The notes under the pieces: model-generated | Told to the model about the DNA's origin: nothing | The model's input: only the letters and a program-made list of their open reading frames with translations | The model's database searches: none | Shown: positions 49,587 to 64,000 of the stretch, one piece after another | Layout: each line of letters begins with the position of its first letter | How positions within the stretch are numbered: position 1 is the first letter of the stretch | Source: Octopus vulgaris | Lineage: Eukaryota | DNA length: 64,000 bases | Direction: 5' to 3' | Assembly: GCA_951406725.2 (NCBI GenBank) | Contig: OX597814.1 | Coordinates: 48,980,001-49,044,000 of the forward strand | Translations under genes and position numbers: made by a program

Positions 49587-51779
49587 ATTATGACATGACT
49601 TAACAGTTACTTGCAGCCAGGGTAGAGGGCATCAAACATTAAACAATTGGTCACTAATGATCAGTTTAGTAAACAAGTGATTCAGAATGATGTTAGTAAA
49701 TCTCTCCACAAGACATGTAAATTTAATTTTAAAAAACCTGTAAAAACAAGAATTAGATATATTTCACAACATTACTTGCAAGTATTTGGATAAAAAATAA
49801 AGTTTATTTTTGTATTGCTAAAGAGGACACACAGATAATAAAAATTGTAAGAATCTTAAACTTAGTTTAAGGAGATAAGGCATAAAACTAAGGTTTTAGT
49901 TATTTTGGCTCCCTATTTATTTACATAGATCTCCATCAAATATAAAGTAATTATAGAAAATTACCTTTATTTTCGATCAAATTGTGTATTTTAAAAAACA
50001 TCATTATTAATAAAGGCTGAGGGTAATTTCATAAATATAATTGTACTTGTTAAAATAGTTAAAATATATGAAAATTAGGTTTCTATAATTTGAGTTCTGT
50101 TTTATTTCCAGTGCCTAGCAATAACTTGGAAACCTACTAAAAGTTTAAATATTAATATCACTGATATTAACTTCCGTATATAAGTTTTCAACCAATAAGT
50201 TATGTTAAGAAAAGACTTTTCATAGCATCAAGACTGGTGCTACTTGGCTGAGGATGAATTTAGTTAGTTAATGGCAATGAATCAAGATAATGAGTTGTAT
50301 TTTATCAGATTGATTAATGCTATTTTTAGTGACTGAAAGGGATTTATTGCAACACAGCAGAACTAATTTTCACAACCTTTCTAAAGTTCTCTTCACATTT
50401 TTCTAGAACTTTTAATGCCAAAACTATTTTCCATGAATACCAAACTATAATAACAAGATTTTAAATGTTTTCTTAGATTAACAAAGTAAGTTGAGAAGGG
50501 TCTTTGACCAAAATAAAACTGTCTACAATTATTAATTACACAAAGAAATATCTTGCAACTGGAATTGATCTGTACAAAGAATAAAACCCATATTAATAAA
50601 AATTACATTTAGAAATGTTACAATAATCTACAGATAGTCATTTCTATTACCATTACAGCTACATAAACTTTCTTTAACCTTTTCTCGGAACTTGCTTTTG
50701 TCACATAAATTATAGCTTTTGCCCAAAATAGCTACCACTAAAAAGTTTTAATTTAATAAATAAATCATTATCATCATCATCACCATCATCTAACATTCAT
50801 TTTCCATGTGGTATGGGTTGGATAGATGGCATTGAGCTCCAAAGTCTGATTTAGCATGGTTTCCATGGCTGGATGACCTTCCTAATGCCAACCACTATAC
50901 AGAGTGTATTAGGTGCTTTCTTCATGATACTAGCACTAATGAGGTCATAAGTCAAAGAAAAAACCCTTGACTAAGTCTGGTTATAGTGAAGAGGGACAAG
51001 AGACTTTATATGAAATATTGAGAAGTTAAAGTATGACAAGACTAACAGGCAGAGATATCTTACAATTGAGGAGATACATAGCTTCCCCACCACATAGAAG
51101 GGTAGCAGTAGATGGGAAGGCAATGATGAAGTGTCAAAACATGCTCTCAAGATATTAGAAGGGAAGGAAGGATTAGTAAGTTCAATAAGAGTGTGAGGAG
51201 AGATAAGTGGTTATAGATGAGGTCTAAGGTGAACATAGTGGAATAAGAGCAGCAGTGTGGCTGGAGGTAAATATCATATGGCTGAGGGGAGGGTAAATGA
51301 ATAAGAGTGGTTCAGGCAGTGGAAGTGATAGTGGGAAAAGGAGGAGGAGACCAACAGATTATAATAAACCAGTAGGTAGATCAGAAAATATGGGGATAGG
51401 TGAGTTGGTGGGCAAGAGAGAGAGATGTACAGTGAAAGAGATGGATGTCAGATGTGGGGGGGGGACAAGGGGGGAGGAGGCTGTAAATAGTAGATAAGAG
51501 AGGGTGTCAAAGATAAAGTAAAGGCAGTCCTAAGAGGGAAGATTTTAAAAGGAAGTAGTTCCAGGAAGAGGAGGGCATAACTAACAACATAAAAGGAGAA
51601 TGAAATATATGCATTTCTGCTCTCATATGATTATAGCAGCTGAATAATGCTATAGCTATAACCATGAAGGGATGGGTACCAGGAAGATGAGATGGGAAGG
51701 GGGAGGTTGATAAGGACATACTGGGTGCAGGAGCAGGGCCCAGTGAGTAGATATAAACATAATGCTTTTAGGAACTCAC

Positions 51780-53245
51780 TTTGTCAAGGTGGATGAGTCT
51801 TTTCAAACAGTCATCCCAATCCTTTGCATCTCCTCTGTGAGGTTCAACATCATGAGATCAGTTTTGACTACTTTGTCCCATTTCTTATGGGATTTCCCTT
51901 TTCCACAAGCTCCATCCTTATTTAGCAATCAGCACTTCTTTATACATCTGTTCTTATCCTTACACATTACATGGCCAAACCAATGCAGTTCACTCGTGCA
52001 TGCTACATTTGATTCCTCTTATGCCCAATTTTTCTTTTAACACAGTTTTGCTTTGTTGTAGATGCATATCAATGCTGTACACCCAGCAGAACATGCTGGT
52101 TTCATTCCTTTCAACTCTTTGCATGTCCTCTGTATTCAGAGACCACATCTCCCTACCATGCAGCACTGATATTCATACACAAGTATCATACAGGCGGCAA
52201 GCTGGCAGAACCGTTTGCGTTACGTTGTGAGTTCAAATTCCGCCGAGGTCGACTTTGCCTTTCATCCTTTCGGGGTCGATAAATTAAGTACCAGTTACGC
52301 ACTGGGGTCGATGTAATCGACTTAATGCCTATGTCTGTCCTTGTTTGTCCCCTCTGTGTTTAGCCCCTTGCGGGTAATAAAGAAATAAGTATCACACAGA
52401 CTGCCCTTCACTCTGTGAGAAAGACTATTTGTTACTAATGAAGTTAATAACTCTCTGAACTTTCTCAATCCTGTTATTTTAGTAACTATGGATTCAAAAC
52501 ATCCTCCTCCACTGCTAATTAGGTCACTTAAGTAACAGAAACAACCTACAACCTGTAGGGAACCTCTTGGACATTTGAGAAAATCTATTTCTCGTTCTTT
52601 GTGTTTATTGCACCTGTGCTTCTGCTGCATACAAAATCTACTTTCCCTGTTAACCAACCAGTGATTCCACTGCACTTCTTGTGTATCTATAGCTAGCAAT
52701 GAGTATACCATATGGAATTTCTACCAACACTTTTCCTACATATTGAGCTAGTTTCCTAATTTGCTCTTTACTAAGTTAACTTTAAGGCCATTTGATTCCA
52801 GGTTTTCCTTTTATACCTAGAATTTCTTTTCTAATTCTACTACAGTTTCAACTTTAAGAACAAGGACATCAGCATGTAGCTGTTCCCAAAGGAAACCAGC
52901 CTTAAATTCTACTGTTATGGCCTGGAAGGCTATGATAAAAACGAGAGGACTGAGAATCAAAACCAAGTGAGCTATAATTCTACACTAAATTCATTACTAC
53001 ATTGTTGCTAACTTGCACTTTACAGCCAGTGCTCCTATATATTGCTTATATGACTTTCATGAGCTACTTGTTCGTGTTCTTAGCTTCCTCAGGGACCACC
53101 AGATCACTGAGCAAAGGACCCTATCAAAGGATTTTTCAAGACTGACAAATGCCAAATAAGATTTACATTTAGCAAAATGTTCCTGAAGTCATCTTACAAG
53201 AAAGACAGCATCAGTTGTACTTCTCCCTAGCACAAAACCAAACTT
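51780..53245 (-). mobile_element. RTE-clade LINE RT remnant
   Basis: Minus motifs AFVSLEKSFDRV, WEQLHADVLVL (YADD position) and FCYLSDLISSGGG. Confidence 0.8.
52194..52386 (+). mobile_element. Young family B SINE nested in the RTE, with 13-bp TSD
   Basis: AAGTATCATACAG (52181-52193) and AAGTATCACACAG (52387-52399); CpGs are intact. Confidence 0.85.
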
Positions 53246-56200
53246 TTACAAAGAATTTAATAGAGTAATTATAATAAACCTGACCAAATGCTTCTTTTCT
53301 AAAATTCTTTGCTTATAACTAGGGGTGCACATTATACAAACAAATATAGTAATTCATGGTAACTAACTGGAGACAACTAATAAGAGAAAATATAGGAATA
53401 AATTATCTCAAGAAATGACGAGTTTACTTCCCACACATTTCTTACGTAAGTACTTTAAGTTAATTAAAAGATTTCACTCAGGAAGAGGAAAGAGGAAGTC
53501 AAGCCTTCAAGAGTATAGTTATTAGTACAAGATATATGATATCCAGAACAGTCAGATAATAAATGATATCAAGGAAATTTACCAATTCACATTTACATTT
53601 CAGTTAATTGCCAAAAGAAAACAAAGTAGTTGGAACATTTGTAGGAAATAATTTTATAGTTAACTAAGACTTTAAATTCCTATAACTTTAATTCACTAAA
53701 AAATTTAATTTTTTTTTTTAATACATACATATAAGAAAAAAATTCAGATCTTACGATATTTTGATATGGATGGCAAATTGTGCAAGATATATTAAGAACA
53801 CATCACTACATTATTTCTTTGACAATGCTGGTGATAGAAATATCTAATACTGCTGGATAAATCAATGAAGGTTTTCATAAATGCAATTGGGGCAAAAATA
53901 GTAATATTGTTAGAGTTAATGCATGACAGGATGAAGTAGCCAGTCACAACTAATTTGTGTATGTGTGTGTGTGTATCTACACAGACACATGCACACACAC
54001 ACAAACAGTTATTAGGCTTCGAAGATCATAAGATATTCTATGGAAAATAAAAATGCAAAATAAGTCTTAGCACCTGAAGAGTTTATTAAACCATTATAAA
54101 CTTAAATTTCAAAACACTGCACCTAAAATTCACAAAATATGATCTTTTTATATATATTCCCTTTTGAAACTTACAACTAACAGCTTATAACCCAATATTA
54201 ACATTATCATTGCTTTAATACCCACTTTACCATGCTTGCATGAGTCAGAGTCCATTGAGGCAGGTTTTCTATAGCAAATGCCCATTGTCACCAACTGTTA
54301 CCTTTTTGTAAGCAAGATAATATTTCCCCATGGCCAGATATATTTTCACAGAAGATTGGAAACAAATGACAATGTTTATATGACACTCATTTACAACCGT
54401 TTTGTGGTGTCAAGATAAAGAGACAGAAACACACATTCCTGCCTTTGCACACACCCATACACCCACACATACACATGCACACAATGGGCTTCTTTTAGTT
54501 TCCATCTACCAAATCCACCCATAAGGCTTTGTCAGACCAGCATTATAGCAGAAGACACTTGATCAAGGTGCCATTAAGTAGGACTGAACTCAAAACCATG
54601 TGGTTGAAAAGCAAACTTCTCGACCACACAAAAAGAACTAGCCTGTTGGTGATAGAAGGAGTCTTTTCTTTATCAAATTGGATGCTTGTTAAAATTGAGA
54701 ATCTTAGCAATTAATTCATAGTTTAAGTTTTGTCAGGGAAATGACAAAAATCTAAATACTACAGGTATATTATACTGTTGAATGGGTAGCAATGGAAATA
54801 ATTGGTATTGTTGGAAAATCAATAAGTTTTCATCAATATCATTAAAACAAAGATAACTGAAATGAATCATGAACAACCTGTGAGATATTCTGAATGTCCT
54901 AGCAAAAATTTGCCCTTAGTTTTTCTAGAAGCACAGCCTGTTTGATGATGAGCCATGTCAAATGCAACCCACTTCACAAAAAACAAAAAGGTTGCCCACA
55001 CCTTGTTGAAATCATATATCTAGCTCAGTAAACTAGTACATAGTTCAAAATGCTAATTTATGCAAAAATTTGTGAGAACAGGCTAATCTCAATCCCTAAA
55101 AGTAATGAACTGACACTGAAGTAGCCCATAAAAGAAAAGATGTCACAGATAAGTATATCAACGTTTTATCTGGTCACAGAGACTTGAGCACTCTTTGAGC
55201 ACTCAAGTGGAAATGACTTTATTTCTTTCTGAAACACTTTGACAAGCATTTGAGGAAGCTTCTGCATGGTTGCATGACCTGCTACAAATAACTTCTATAT
55301 GTGCCTCATATCACACCTCACCTGTCTTTAAAAATATATGGAATGGTCGCAATTGGAATGTCTTCAAGCAGTTTGTAAAAGTAAGAGACTTTGTTTTTGT
55401 TTTTTTAAGTGTAGTAGGCTTTTTTTTTTGGCCTGAACAGCTGCAATGCAGTTACGAGTGAACCACTGAGAGACTTAGAGCTCTATCTCACATCATTCTG
55501 TTTTAAATTCATCAATCAAAGTAACTTCAATACACACAACAATTCTTGGCTACTGATGCTACTTATGCAGAGACTAAGTCTTTCACAAACTTTTGTACAT
55601 TAAGTTTCATCCTCAGATACATTCCTAACCAACATATACATATCCCAAACACCCTTGATCTCTTCCCAACATCTAAACCTAAATTCTTCCAAATCATCAC
55701 CACCTCTGCACCTATTGGGTCAACCAACAATTGCCTTACAACTACACATCATAAATCCACAAAATAAGCTATGACACCCCCATCTTCCCTTGATATGCAT
55801 TCACCACTGGCTCATCAGAAACATCAGTATGCACATGCACACATGCATGCACATACTTGCATATATGTGTTTGTTCAAATTTACATTGTATTAAGCTCAA
55901 TGATCCAAGCTCTCTACAGTCTGTCTCCTGATGTAAAATTAGAAAAACAAAATGGAGAAAAAAAAATCCATCCTAAATAGTTTTTATGCCATATTGAAGG
56001 TAGAGAAGCAGAAAATTTATTAATGGCTCAATGAGACATTTTAAGTGCCCTCTAAACAGAAGAAAGCTATGTAAGTAATACTTTAAGAAACCTAAATAAA
56101 TAACAATACATTAAGTAGTAATTCTTTTCCCCAAACCCTACTGAATTAGAAACAATTTTCTTTCATTCTTTTCACCCTTCTCTTTTTTTTTTTATAGTAT

Positions 56201-56733
56201 ATGAGTTGACCTCAATACGAACAGAAGGAAACAAATAAATACAGACTTCTTTATTAAAGTGTAACAAGACATTGAAAAAAAAGGGGGTTATTGGAATCAA
56301 GAAATGTGATACAAAGTCCTCTTTAGTTAAATTTGTTATTAAACAGTCATTTTCATATCTTTTTTTGTACTATGAAATAAGCAATATTATCTCACTTGGA
56401 CAGCTAAACAAGGGTGGCCAAAAGCAGATCTGCCAGCAGTATGTAGATTAAGTTCATGACTATCACTTCCTCATGTCCCTAGATAAAATCAGACAAGCAG
56501 TGACAGAACAAGTCTAGGATAGAGAGGTGGGGTTGTAGTTGCCTGTCATTGCCACTCACCATGACTGAGCAAAGCAATTGACACTGATAATAGTACTAAA
56601 ACATCAGAAATCTTTTGACAGTCTGTTCTGTCTTGGTTTCTGACTGAATTTTGTATAGCAAAAGAATATATATTTTTAGTGACCTTGAAAAAGAGTTAAT
56701 ATTTATTTAGAGTTAAGTAATTGAAAAGGAATT

Positions 56734-56827
56734 TATATATCACCAGTGGTTATAATATAGTCTATATATCACCAGTGGTTATAATATAGTCTATTTATAT
56801 ATCACCAGTGGTTATAATATAGTCTAT
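56734..56827. repeat. 29-bp minisatellite, 3 copies
   Basis: TATATATCACCAGTGGTTATAATATAGTC repeated. Confidence 0.92.
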
Positions 56828-59199
56828 GATGTAGTCCTGATTGAGCTATGATCAAAGGCATTCTAGCCATGACCATTCCATCTTTTTTTTTTCTAGACAC
56901 TGTATATAGTTCTATGTTATTTGATGTGCCCTTTCTATTTTTATGATGGCTTATGTGATCTGAATAAGATTTGGCAGTCATATATAGCAACTCATGCAGA
57001 TAAGTCCTTGGTGTGGTTAGTGTGCTGTTATGACCCTGAGCACAAGCTCCTAATGAGGCCTCTCAAGATCTGTCAAAGATAGAAACCAGACTAATATGGA
57101 TCACCCCTTGCTAGAAGTAAAAAACTTTTAAAAACTGGGTCTGCACTGGGTCAGCAACCCTATCTAGAAAGAAAGAAAAGTTACAGAAGCATTGATGACA
57201 ATTCAAAACCAACATGACCTGGGAGAGGAAAAGATAGCCCTAAGTTGAGAACAGTGGAGGAAAGTTGTTGATGGTCTATGGTCTTTAGGGAGCAAAGGAC
57301 TGAAATGTGTATTGGCTTACCAAGACTGAGTTCAGAGTATGATGCCTGCAATATCTGTTATACATTAAAAAAATAGACACTAGTCTAGTGAAAACAATTT
57401 CAATGATTATGCTCTCTTCCACCACAAATCTAATATAACGATTCATAGCAAAAACTTCAGATGCCTTGAGTTGATCGATAACTGTTTAAAAAAAACATCC
57501 ACTAAGCTATAAAATCAGTGAGTTGTGTGGTGGTTGAATACTGAATTAGAGAGAAATATGTGTAGGTTGCTAAAGTTTAGGTTAGGTCTTGTTCAAATTT
57601 TGAAGGGGCTTACAAGAAAATGATGGGTTTGTAAAGCTGCTTCAGCTGGGTTTTAAAATTGGGATTTTATTCCCTGATTACTCCAACACTGATGTCTTCC
57701 CTTTGTGAGCTTCACTAACCAACAGGTATGTGCTACAATTTCCTTTTCTATAACCTACTCCGAAGCACATGCCTACATAGAGGATACCAGTCTTCACTCC
57801 TCCCTATCCTTATGCAAAAATACATCAATTATGCATAAACTAATACCAAACTTCCATTACTGCTTTGAAGCTGGACATGCTAAGTCATCAGAATCTGTTA
57901 CCACCACAATCTCTATCTTTCATAGTAACATCTCCAAAATATTGACAAAACTGCTTTCCAAAAGTTTTACTTCAAAGTCAAGAGCAATTTCAGTTCTGAA
58001 TACTCGCTGACCCTCAACAATATACAAATGTGGTTCATATTAGAACACTTCAGACCCTATCCAAAACTGGCCATCCAACAGATTAGCAAACCTTCACTGA
58101 CCGACATGCTACAATCACTTGCCCATCTTATAGTCTACAGCCTTTCTTCTATTATTACTACTACAGTTAGTATTCTTTTGTACTGTTAAGCTGTACCACA
58201 CCATCCAAGCCTATTCCAATGTAGTGATAGCCTTCACTTATCACACCCTAAAAAGAAAACAAAGGACATATTAGGGAATGTAATCCTAGATACACTATGC
58301 CTGAAAAAAGAATTATCGTGGCTGGAATGTCTTTGATCATAAATCGTAGCAGGACTAAGCAACATGTTTGCTTCTCATTATTGTTACAGTATCTCACTTC
58401 CCAAATCCCAGACGAAACACTTCACTCCACCATTCCTCCCTAGGATTGCAACCCTCTGGAGCTAATTTCTTTGCAGATACTTACATACAAGTTTAAACTA
58501 AATATGAACCACATTGATCTGACTTATCAGAGAAAGCTTGCAAAAGTTTAAAATTACATCTTAAGATGTAATTAATACTGCTGTCTTTTCCCAATGAAGA
58601 ATGTAATACTTAACAAAGATGAGATTAATGATATCTGAATAAGAGCTACAGGAACCCAGAGACATGAGACAATCTGAAGAAAGGTGGCATGGAAACTGGA
58701 AGACAAGGGGTACAAGATAGCATATTGCAAAAAGGAAGAGGATTTAGGAACCTACAATACAGAAAACAACTAGAAGTGTCTACAAAAGAACCTATTGCAA
58801 GCCACGGGTTAGATCTGTGTAAGGAACAAAATTACAGACAGACAGAGGGTAACAAAGTAGTGGAATGATACAATAGGCAGAAAAATAAAAACTAAGGTAA
58901 AGAATTAAAACGAATAGAAAGGGAGAGTAAGGAATAATATCATATAACTAGAGCAGAACGATATCAGGTAGCCAGGTGTCAGACATAATTATAAGAGAGA
59001 AGAGAAAAGTCAGAGGTTTACAAATGTTCTATGATGTAAGAATCAAAAGTATGAGCTATTCTGAATTTCAGAGCAATCTGTCAGTATGAATCAGGATGTT
59101 GTAGGTGAAAAGCATGTGCATAATGAGTGGTACCATGGAATGTTAAAAAGAAGGCACAGAAATGCTACTATGAGAGGTTGCAGAATGAGGATAGTTCAT

Positions 59200-60170
59200 G
59201 GGAAAACACTGCCCCAATGACCTGGAGAAGGGCTTTGACAGAGTACTATGTTCTTTTGTCAAGTAGTTGTTAAACAAGACAAAGTATAGATGACATAAAG
59301 AGTTATGCTCAAGTTCAGTGGAGAATTTAGTTTGCAGGTAGATGTCTGTTAAAACTCAGTTCTCAGCACCCTCCTGGTTTTATAGTTTTCCAGCCATGAC
59401 AGAGGAATTTAAAACTAACTCCCTATGGAACATCTGTATGTCGATGACTTAGTTCTCAAGGCTGAATTTGTTGAAGAATTACAAAAGTAATTGCAAACAT
59501 GAAAGTAAAGCCTAAAATTGAAAGGTCTCAAAATAGACCTGCAAAGACAAAAATTAATTTATCAAGAAAGAAAACAGGGGTCTACTGCCAACTGGGATGC
59601 TCAATATGCAGGAAAAGAGTAGCTAGGAATTCTATAGTGTACTGAATGTAAACTATGGATGCACAAGAAGTGTAATGGAATTATAAAGGGGCTGACAGAA
59701 GACCTCAAATTTAGCAGATTGTTCAAGAGTCAATAATAGTAAAACAGTAAGAAAACATGAAATAAATAGTTTCAAAATGCTCAGAGGGCTACCAAAAAGA
59801 AGTTGATAGCTTCTGTTAAACAGGGGCCCTTACTAATAAAAGAGAAGAATGTTCCAAAATAAAAATGGTGAGGAAATTTTTGCTAGCAAAAAAGGGAATT
59901 CTTCCTCCAAATGAAAGGCAGATTGTGTGATTGTAAGAAATGTGATACTGCATGACTGTGAAATGAGGACAATGAATGTGGAGGATGTACGAGAGCTGGA
60001 AAGAAATGAGGCAAGCATGCTCCATTGGATTAATGCTACTATGCTTGAAAGACAGAGCACAAATAAGCTGGGAGGAAAACTCAGTATGACCATGTGATGG
60101 GTATGAAGGATGCTGGATAAAAGATTTGCTAAGTAATTCAACTAGATGGAACCTGCAGAAGAGGTTCCTT
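59200..60170 (+). mobile_element. Degenerate RTE-clade LINE RT remnant
   Basis: DLEKGFDRV and HLYVDDLVL motifs. Confidence 0.7.
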
Positions 60171-61135
60171 CCATTTGAAATGCTAGGTAAAATATGACAA
60201 GCGATGAATATTGATTAGAAAAAAAACATACTATTTCCATTCTTAAAATTAATAAATGTAAATAAAATCTTTCAGAACTTTACTCTTTATAACATAAAAC
60301 CATGTTCCTTTTTAGTTAAGCTAATACATCCTTTTAGAAGTTTAAACTAGTTTTATACTAGTAAAATCAATTTTCAAAATTAGTTTGCATTTAAAATAAT
60401 CATTTCTTTTAATAAAACCTTATCTCATTTCTATTAATCCAAATATACTTTCTGATATTTTGTACCTTACTACAAAACAATATAAAAATAATACTGTTTC
60501 ATGTATGGCACCATTGTTAAAAAAAAAAAAAACAGCTTTAATAAGAACTTAAATGGAGTAACAAAGAAATGGAAGATGAAGCAGAGAGAGAAAAAAGTTT
60601 CACAATGAAACTGATGGAGTGCTAATTCTGGTTATTCATGAATATAATTTTTTTTCTTGGCTACAATCTCATGTTTGATGACTGAAGTAGTTAAACCATC
60701 ACAAATACAGATGCAATATATGAGATGGACTGGTACTTAGAAACTGGAAGATAACTATTAGATGGAACGCTTTGATGACAAGAGTATGCAGACATCTAGA
60801 TAATAATCTTTGTGCAATTTATATATTTGGATTTCCTTGGAACATGTCAAAGAATACAACTCCATTAATTAGAAGGAAACTTTTGTCAAAAGAATAAAAT
60901 AGCAACTCCACTAGTGTATTGAGTTACATCATGTGGCACAGCACCACGGTAGTACAAGATTACATTGTACAGGTTCACTAAGATATATAAATATATATAT
61001 ATATATATGCACTTACACACTTTATTTGTCGGGTAACAAAGCAATCAATGGTTTCATGTGAAGAGGTCTTCACAATTGTGCAAGCACACTACATAGAAGT
61101 GTTGACACTCGTCTCCATTTTGTATGTGTGTATGT

Positions 61136-61316
61136 ATCATCATTTGATGTCTGCCTTTTATGCTGGCATGGGTTGGTCAGTTTGACAAGAGATGGCTAGG
61201 CAGAAGACTGCACCAAGCTTCAGTATCTGTTGTGGCATGGTTTTTATGGCTGGATGCCCTTCCTAACATCAATCACCCCATAGGGTGGACTGAGGACTTT
61301 TTACATGGCACCAGCA
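61136..61316 (-). mobile_element. SINE-like family A copy (diverged)
   Basis: GCTGGCATGGGTTGG..GGCTGGATGCCCTTCCTAAC. Confidence 0.7.
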
Positions 61317-61318
61317 TG

Positions 61319-61350
<32 letters not shown>

Positions 61351-62844
61351 TACAAATCAATCCCTTAACTACCTTCTTCCTATCAAGCGGGCTTCAACAA
61401 TATAATCTGTATAATTTACAATTAACAAAAGTATTATTTGAACTTAGGTTAGAGTGGAACTAAATAACACTGATGATGTGATCATTATAGCTGCAAACCT
61501 TGAAAAGTTATTATAATCGTTAGAAATATTGCAGATCAATGAAAAGATCTGGATTTGTATCTTTGAGCAGAAAGGTACAATTTACATTATGCAAAACCAA
61601 ATACATTGACTAAAGAACTAACAAGCACAGATGAGTCTCAAATATTGATACATTTTAACAAATACACATGTAAATATCACATTGAGAATACTTTTAGGAA
61701 TTGTAGGACACTCCAGCATTTTTTAAAGTTACGCACAAATCTTTTCAAAGTCCATATAATACCTAATTAACAAAATATGTCAAATGGAACTGGTTAATTA
61801 AATGTTTAGAAAATACTGTTTAACAAATCAAATAATTAGTATTTGATGTGTTGCTCAATCACAATAACTTCCAACCATGGAATCATTGTTACTACAGATA
61901 TTCCAGATTACAGCATTGGTACTAATGTGACATACCAGTTTGAATTCAGAACCAATTCAGCCTAAACACACAATTCCATTGCGACAGCAGCAGCAAAGGA
62001 ATGCTGACTGCTTTGAAATAATCATATAAGGTTTGGATTTCAATGATAGATACCTTTAAACTCCACTTATTCTGGACTAAGTAGAAGAAAGATATTATAA
62101 CAAAGTGTTATATACAATCTCTCCATACCAGAATTGCCTAACTATAACCTGAACCAGCCCTACAATAGTAATACCATACCAAAGTTGATGATCTGCATCC
62201 TACCAAGTAGACTATCATCAACAATTTACTAACACAACTATCAGGTGAACTGTTATATCTATAAATGCTAATCCAATCCCTTAAACAGTACAACATTATT
62301 TCTACTTAGGACAAAGTAGAACATTCATCTCAGTTTTAAGTAAACTAATTGAGGATAAATTAAATCTTGTCTTTAAAGAGGATGACCAATTTTCTTCATG
62401 TAGTTTTAGCTAAGGTGTGACTGTAATGTTTCCAAACAAGTTCATCTAGGAACTTTGTAAATGAACAACTTGTGAAGAAAGCATACTAGATTCAAACAGA
62501 GTGAGCAAAATTTCTGAATTGTGGTATATGGAGGCATAATCTGTTGGAATAGAGTTACAAATGATTTTATATCTTACTTTTCTCAAATTTGTTTAAAATA
62601 AATATAGTACCTAACACCTGGCTTAAACTATACAAGCATGAAGATAAAAAAGATGAAATTTCATATATTTGAGGCCCAGAAAACAAAATGGCTACTATCA
62701 TGAATCAAAACTGGGTTAGAATTAGTTTTCTTGGAATTTATCTGTAATCTACAGTACTTGCCAAAAACAAGCATCTGTAATCTACAGTGCTATCCCAGAT
62801 GTTAATGATATTGGAAATAATGCTGATAAGTAAAAGATACTTAC

Positions 62845-63701
62845 TTTTGTTGTGGAATGGTAGGTATGGACACTACAGGTAGAGCATTTCTTTTCTCAGC
62901 TAAAATCTTCCGAGCTTTTCTCATTTTAATACGCGATTTAGCTTTCGCATGCTTGGCAGTAGGTGATTTTTCATCGTTTTCATCACTTAACATAGGTGTA
63001 CATTCCGAGTCGGCAGGTGTATGCACGTCACAATAAGATGTCTTGCGCACCCCAAGCGCAGCAGTGTTTACTACATCACGTACAGGTTCAATTTTCATAT
63101 ATAAGCCTGCTTGTTGGGCACAAGTCACATGGAAGGCAGTATAACAATTGGTTTTATGACACTGAATGCATGCCCCTGTTCCGCGCTGTCGGCAAATGTA
63201 ACAAGTAAGTTTCCATCTGGCAGGTGGAATATGGTCTATACTATCTATAGGTTCTAAGAATACAGTATTAGCAAATCCAACTTCAGGTATCCAGAGAGCA
63301 CATACAACATGAGCCCACCTACCATCATCAGTTTGTTTAAAAGCACCACCCTTGTTTGGACAGAGACAGCAATCTACTGCTCTAGAAGGTGATTGAAGAC
63401 AACGCCTGCAGAGCCACTGGCCCTCAGGAATATACGGTACACCATAACATTCCTGGTGAACAGCAAGGTTACACATATCACAAAACAAAATGTAATTACT
63501 GTTCTGGCACTCCCCATCCATACAAATTGAACAGACTGCGTCTTCATCAATAGACGGATTGTTATCCTTCCCAGAACTCTGACTCTGAAAGAAAGCTTCT
63601 TTCTCAAATCGATCCATCAAAATTTCAAATACTTCTTGAGTAATTATCTGAAGACTATCATTCCGTCTTTTCTCGTTAATAATTTCTAGCCAAGCATGAT
63701 C
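62845..63701 (-). CDS. BRPF1: BRPF/peregrin-like coding exon A (end of EPC-I plus PHD1-Zn knuckle-PHD2 PZP module)
   Basis: TTTTAG|GATCAT and AA|GTAAGT; 857 nt, phase 0 to 2. Encodes [89 protein letters not shown]. Probably the single invertebrate co-orthologue of BRPF1/2/3. Confidence 0.97.
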
Positions 63702-64000
63702 CTAAAATGTCAAAAGAAAAAAAAAAATTCAGAAAATGGATGCTAATATAAAACATCTTCATTTCATTACAAGTTTAAAAGAAACAAACAATAAAAACAA
63801 TAAAAATAATATTTCGAGATGAAACTTACATCCAGAATAAACAATGAAGAGAGTATAAATGAAGCAGTTAGGGTCATACTCTGATTCCACTAGTGATAGT
63901 TTAAGGTTCAACAACCAGATTCTTTTGTTGCAATTGATGGCTAAAACAGTTTTTAACTTTCAAGTTACTACAAACATCACTTGCAAGCAAGTATGGCTTT

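Noticed and set aside
62996-63607. Overlapping alternative-frame and antisense ORFs
   Set aside because: They are shadows of the BRPF exon.
62841-63620. The 259-aa ORF as a stand-alone gene with its own start and stop
   Set aside because: It is an internal exon: the frame extends to the acceptor at 63701, and the TAA lies within the GTAAGT donor.

Overview
AT-rich eukaryotic genomic DNA. The repeat families suggest an octopus or other coleoid cephalopod; this is inferred from recall, not from a search. The backbone is a minus-strand BRPF-family gene (peregrin/Br140, scaffold of the MOZ/MORF acetyltransferase complex). Six internal coding exons with GT-AG boundaries and consistent phases (63701-62845, 47969-47816, 36821-36690, 32523-32395, 31637-31449, 10734-10608; about 529 codons) encode the end of EPC-I, the PZP double-PHD module, EPC-II and the bromodomain. 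The N-terminal exons and the C-terminal PWWP exons were not found and presumably lie outside the window. The introns hold SINEs, RTE/CR1/R4-type LINE remnants, mariner and piggyBac-like MITEs, a Helitron and microsatellites. Less expected items are: a near-perfect 333-bp tandem array at the left edge; at least four different minimal type I hammerhead-ribozyme-like motifs in Penelope-like contexts, including a U3-A8 compensatory core variant in a foldback and a tRNA-headed element with a hammerhead-like tail; several foldback palindromes; and a 188-bp templated local duplication attached to a retro-insertion.
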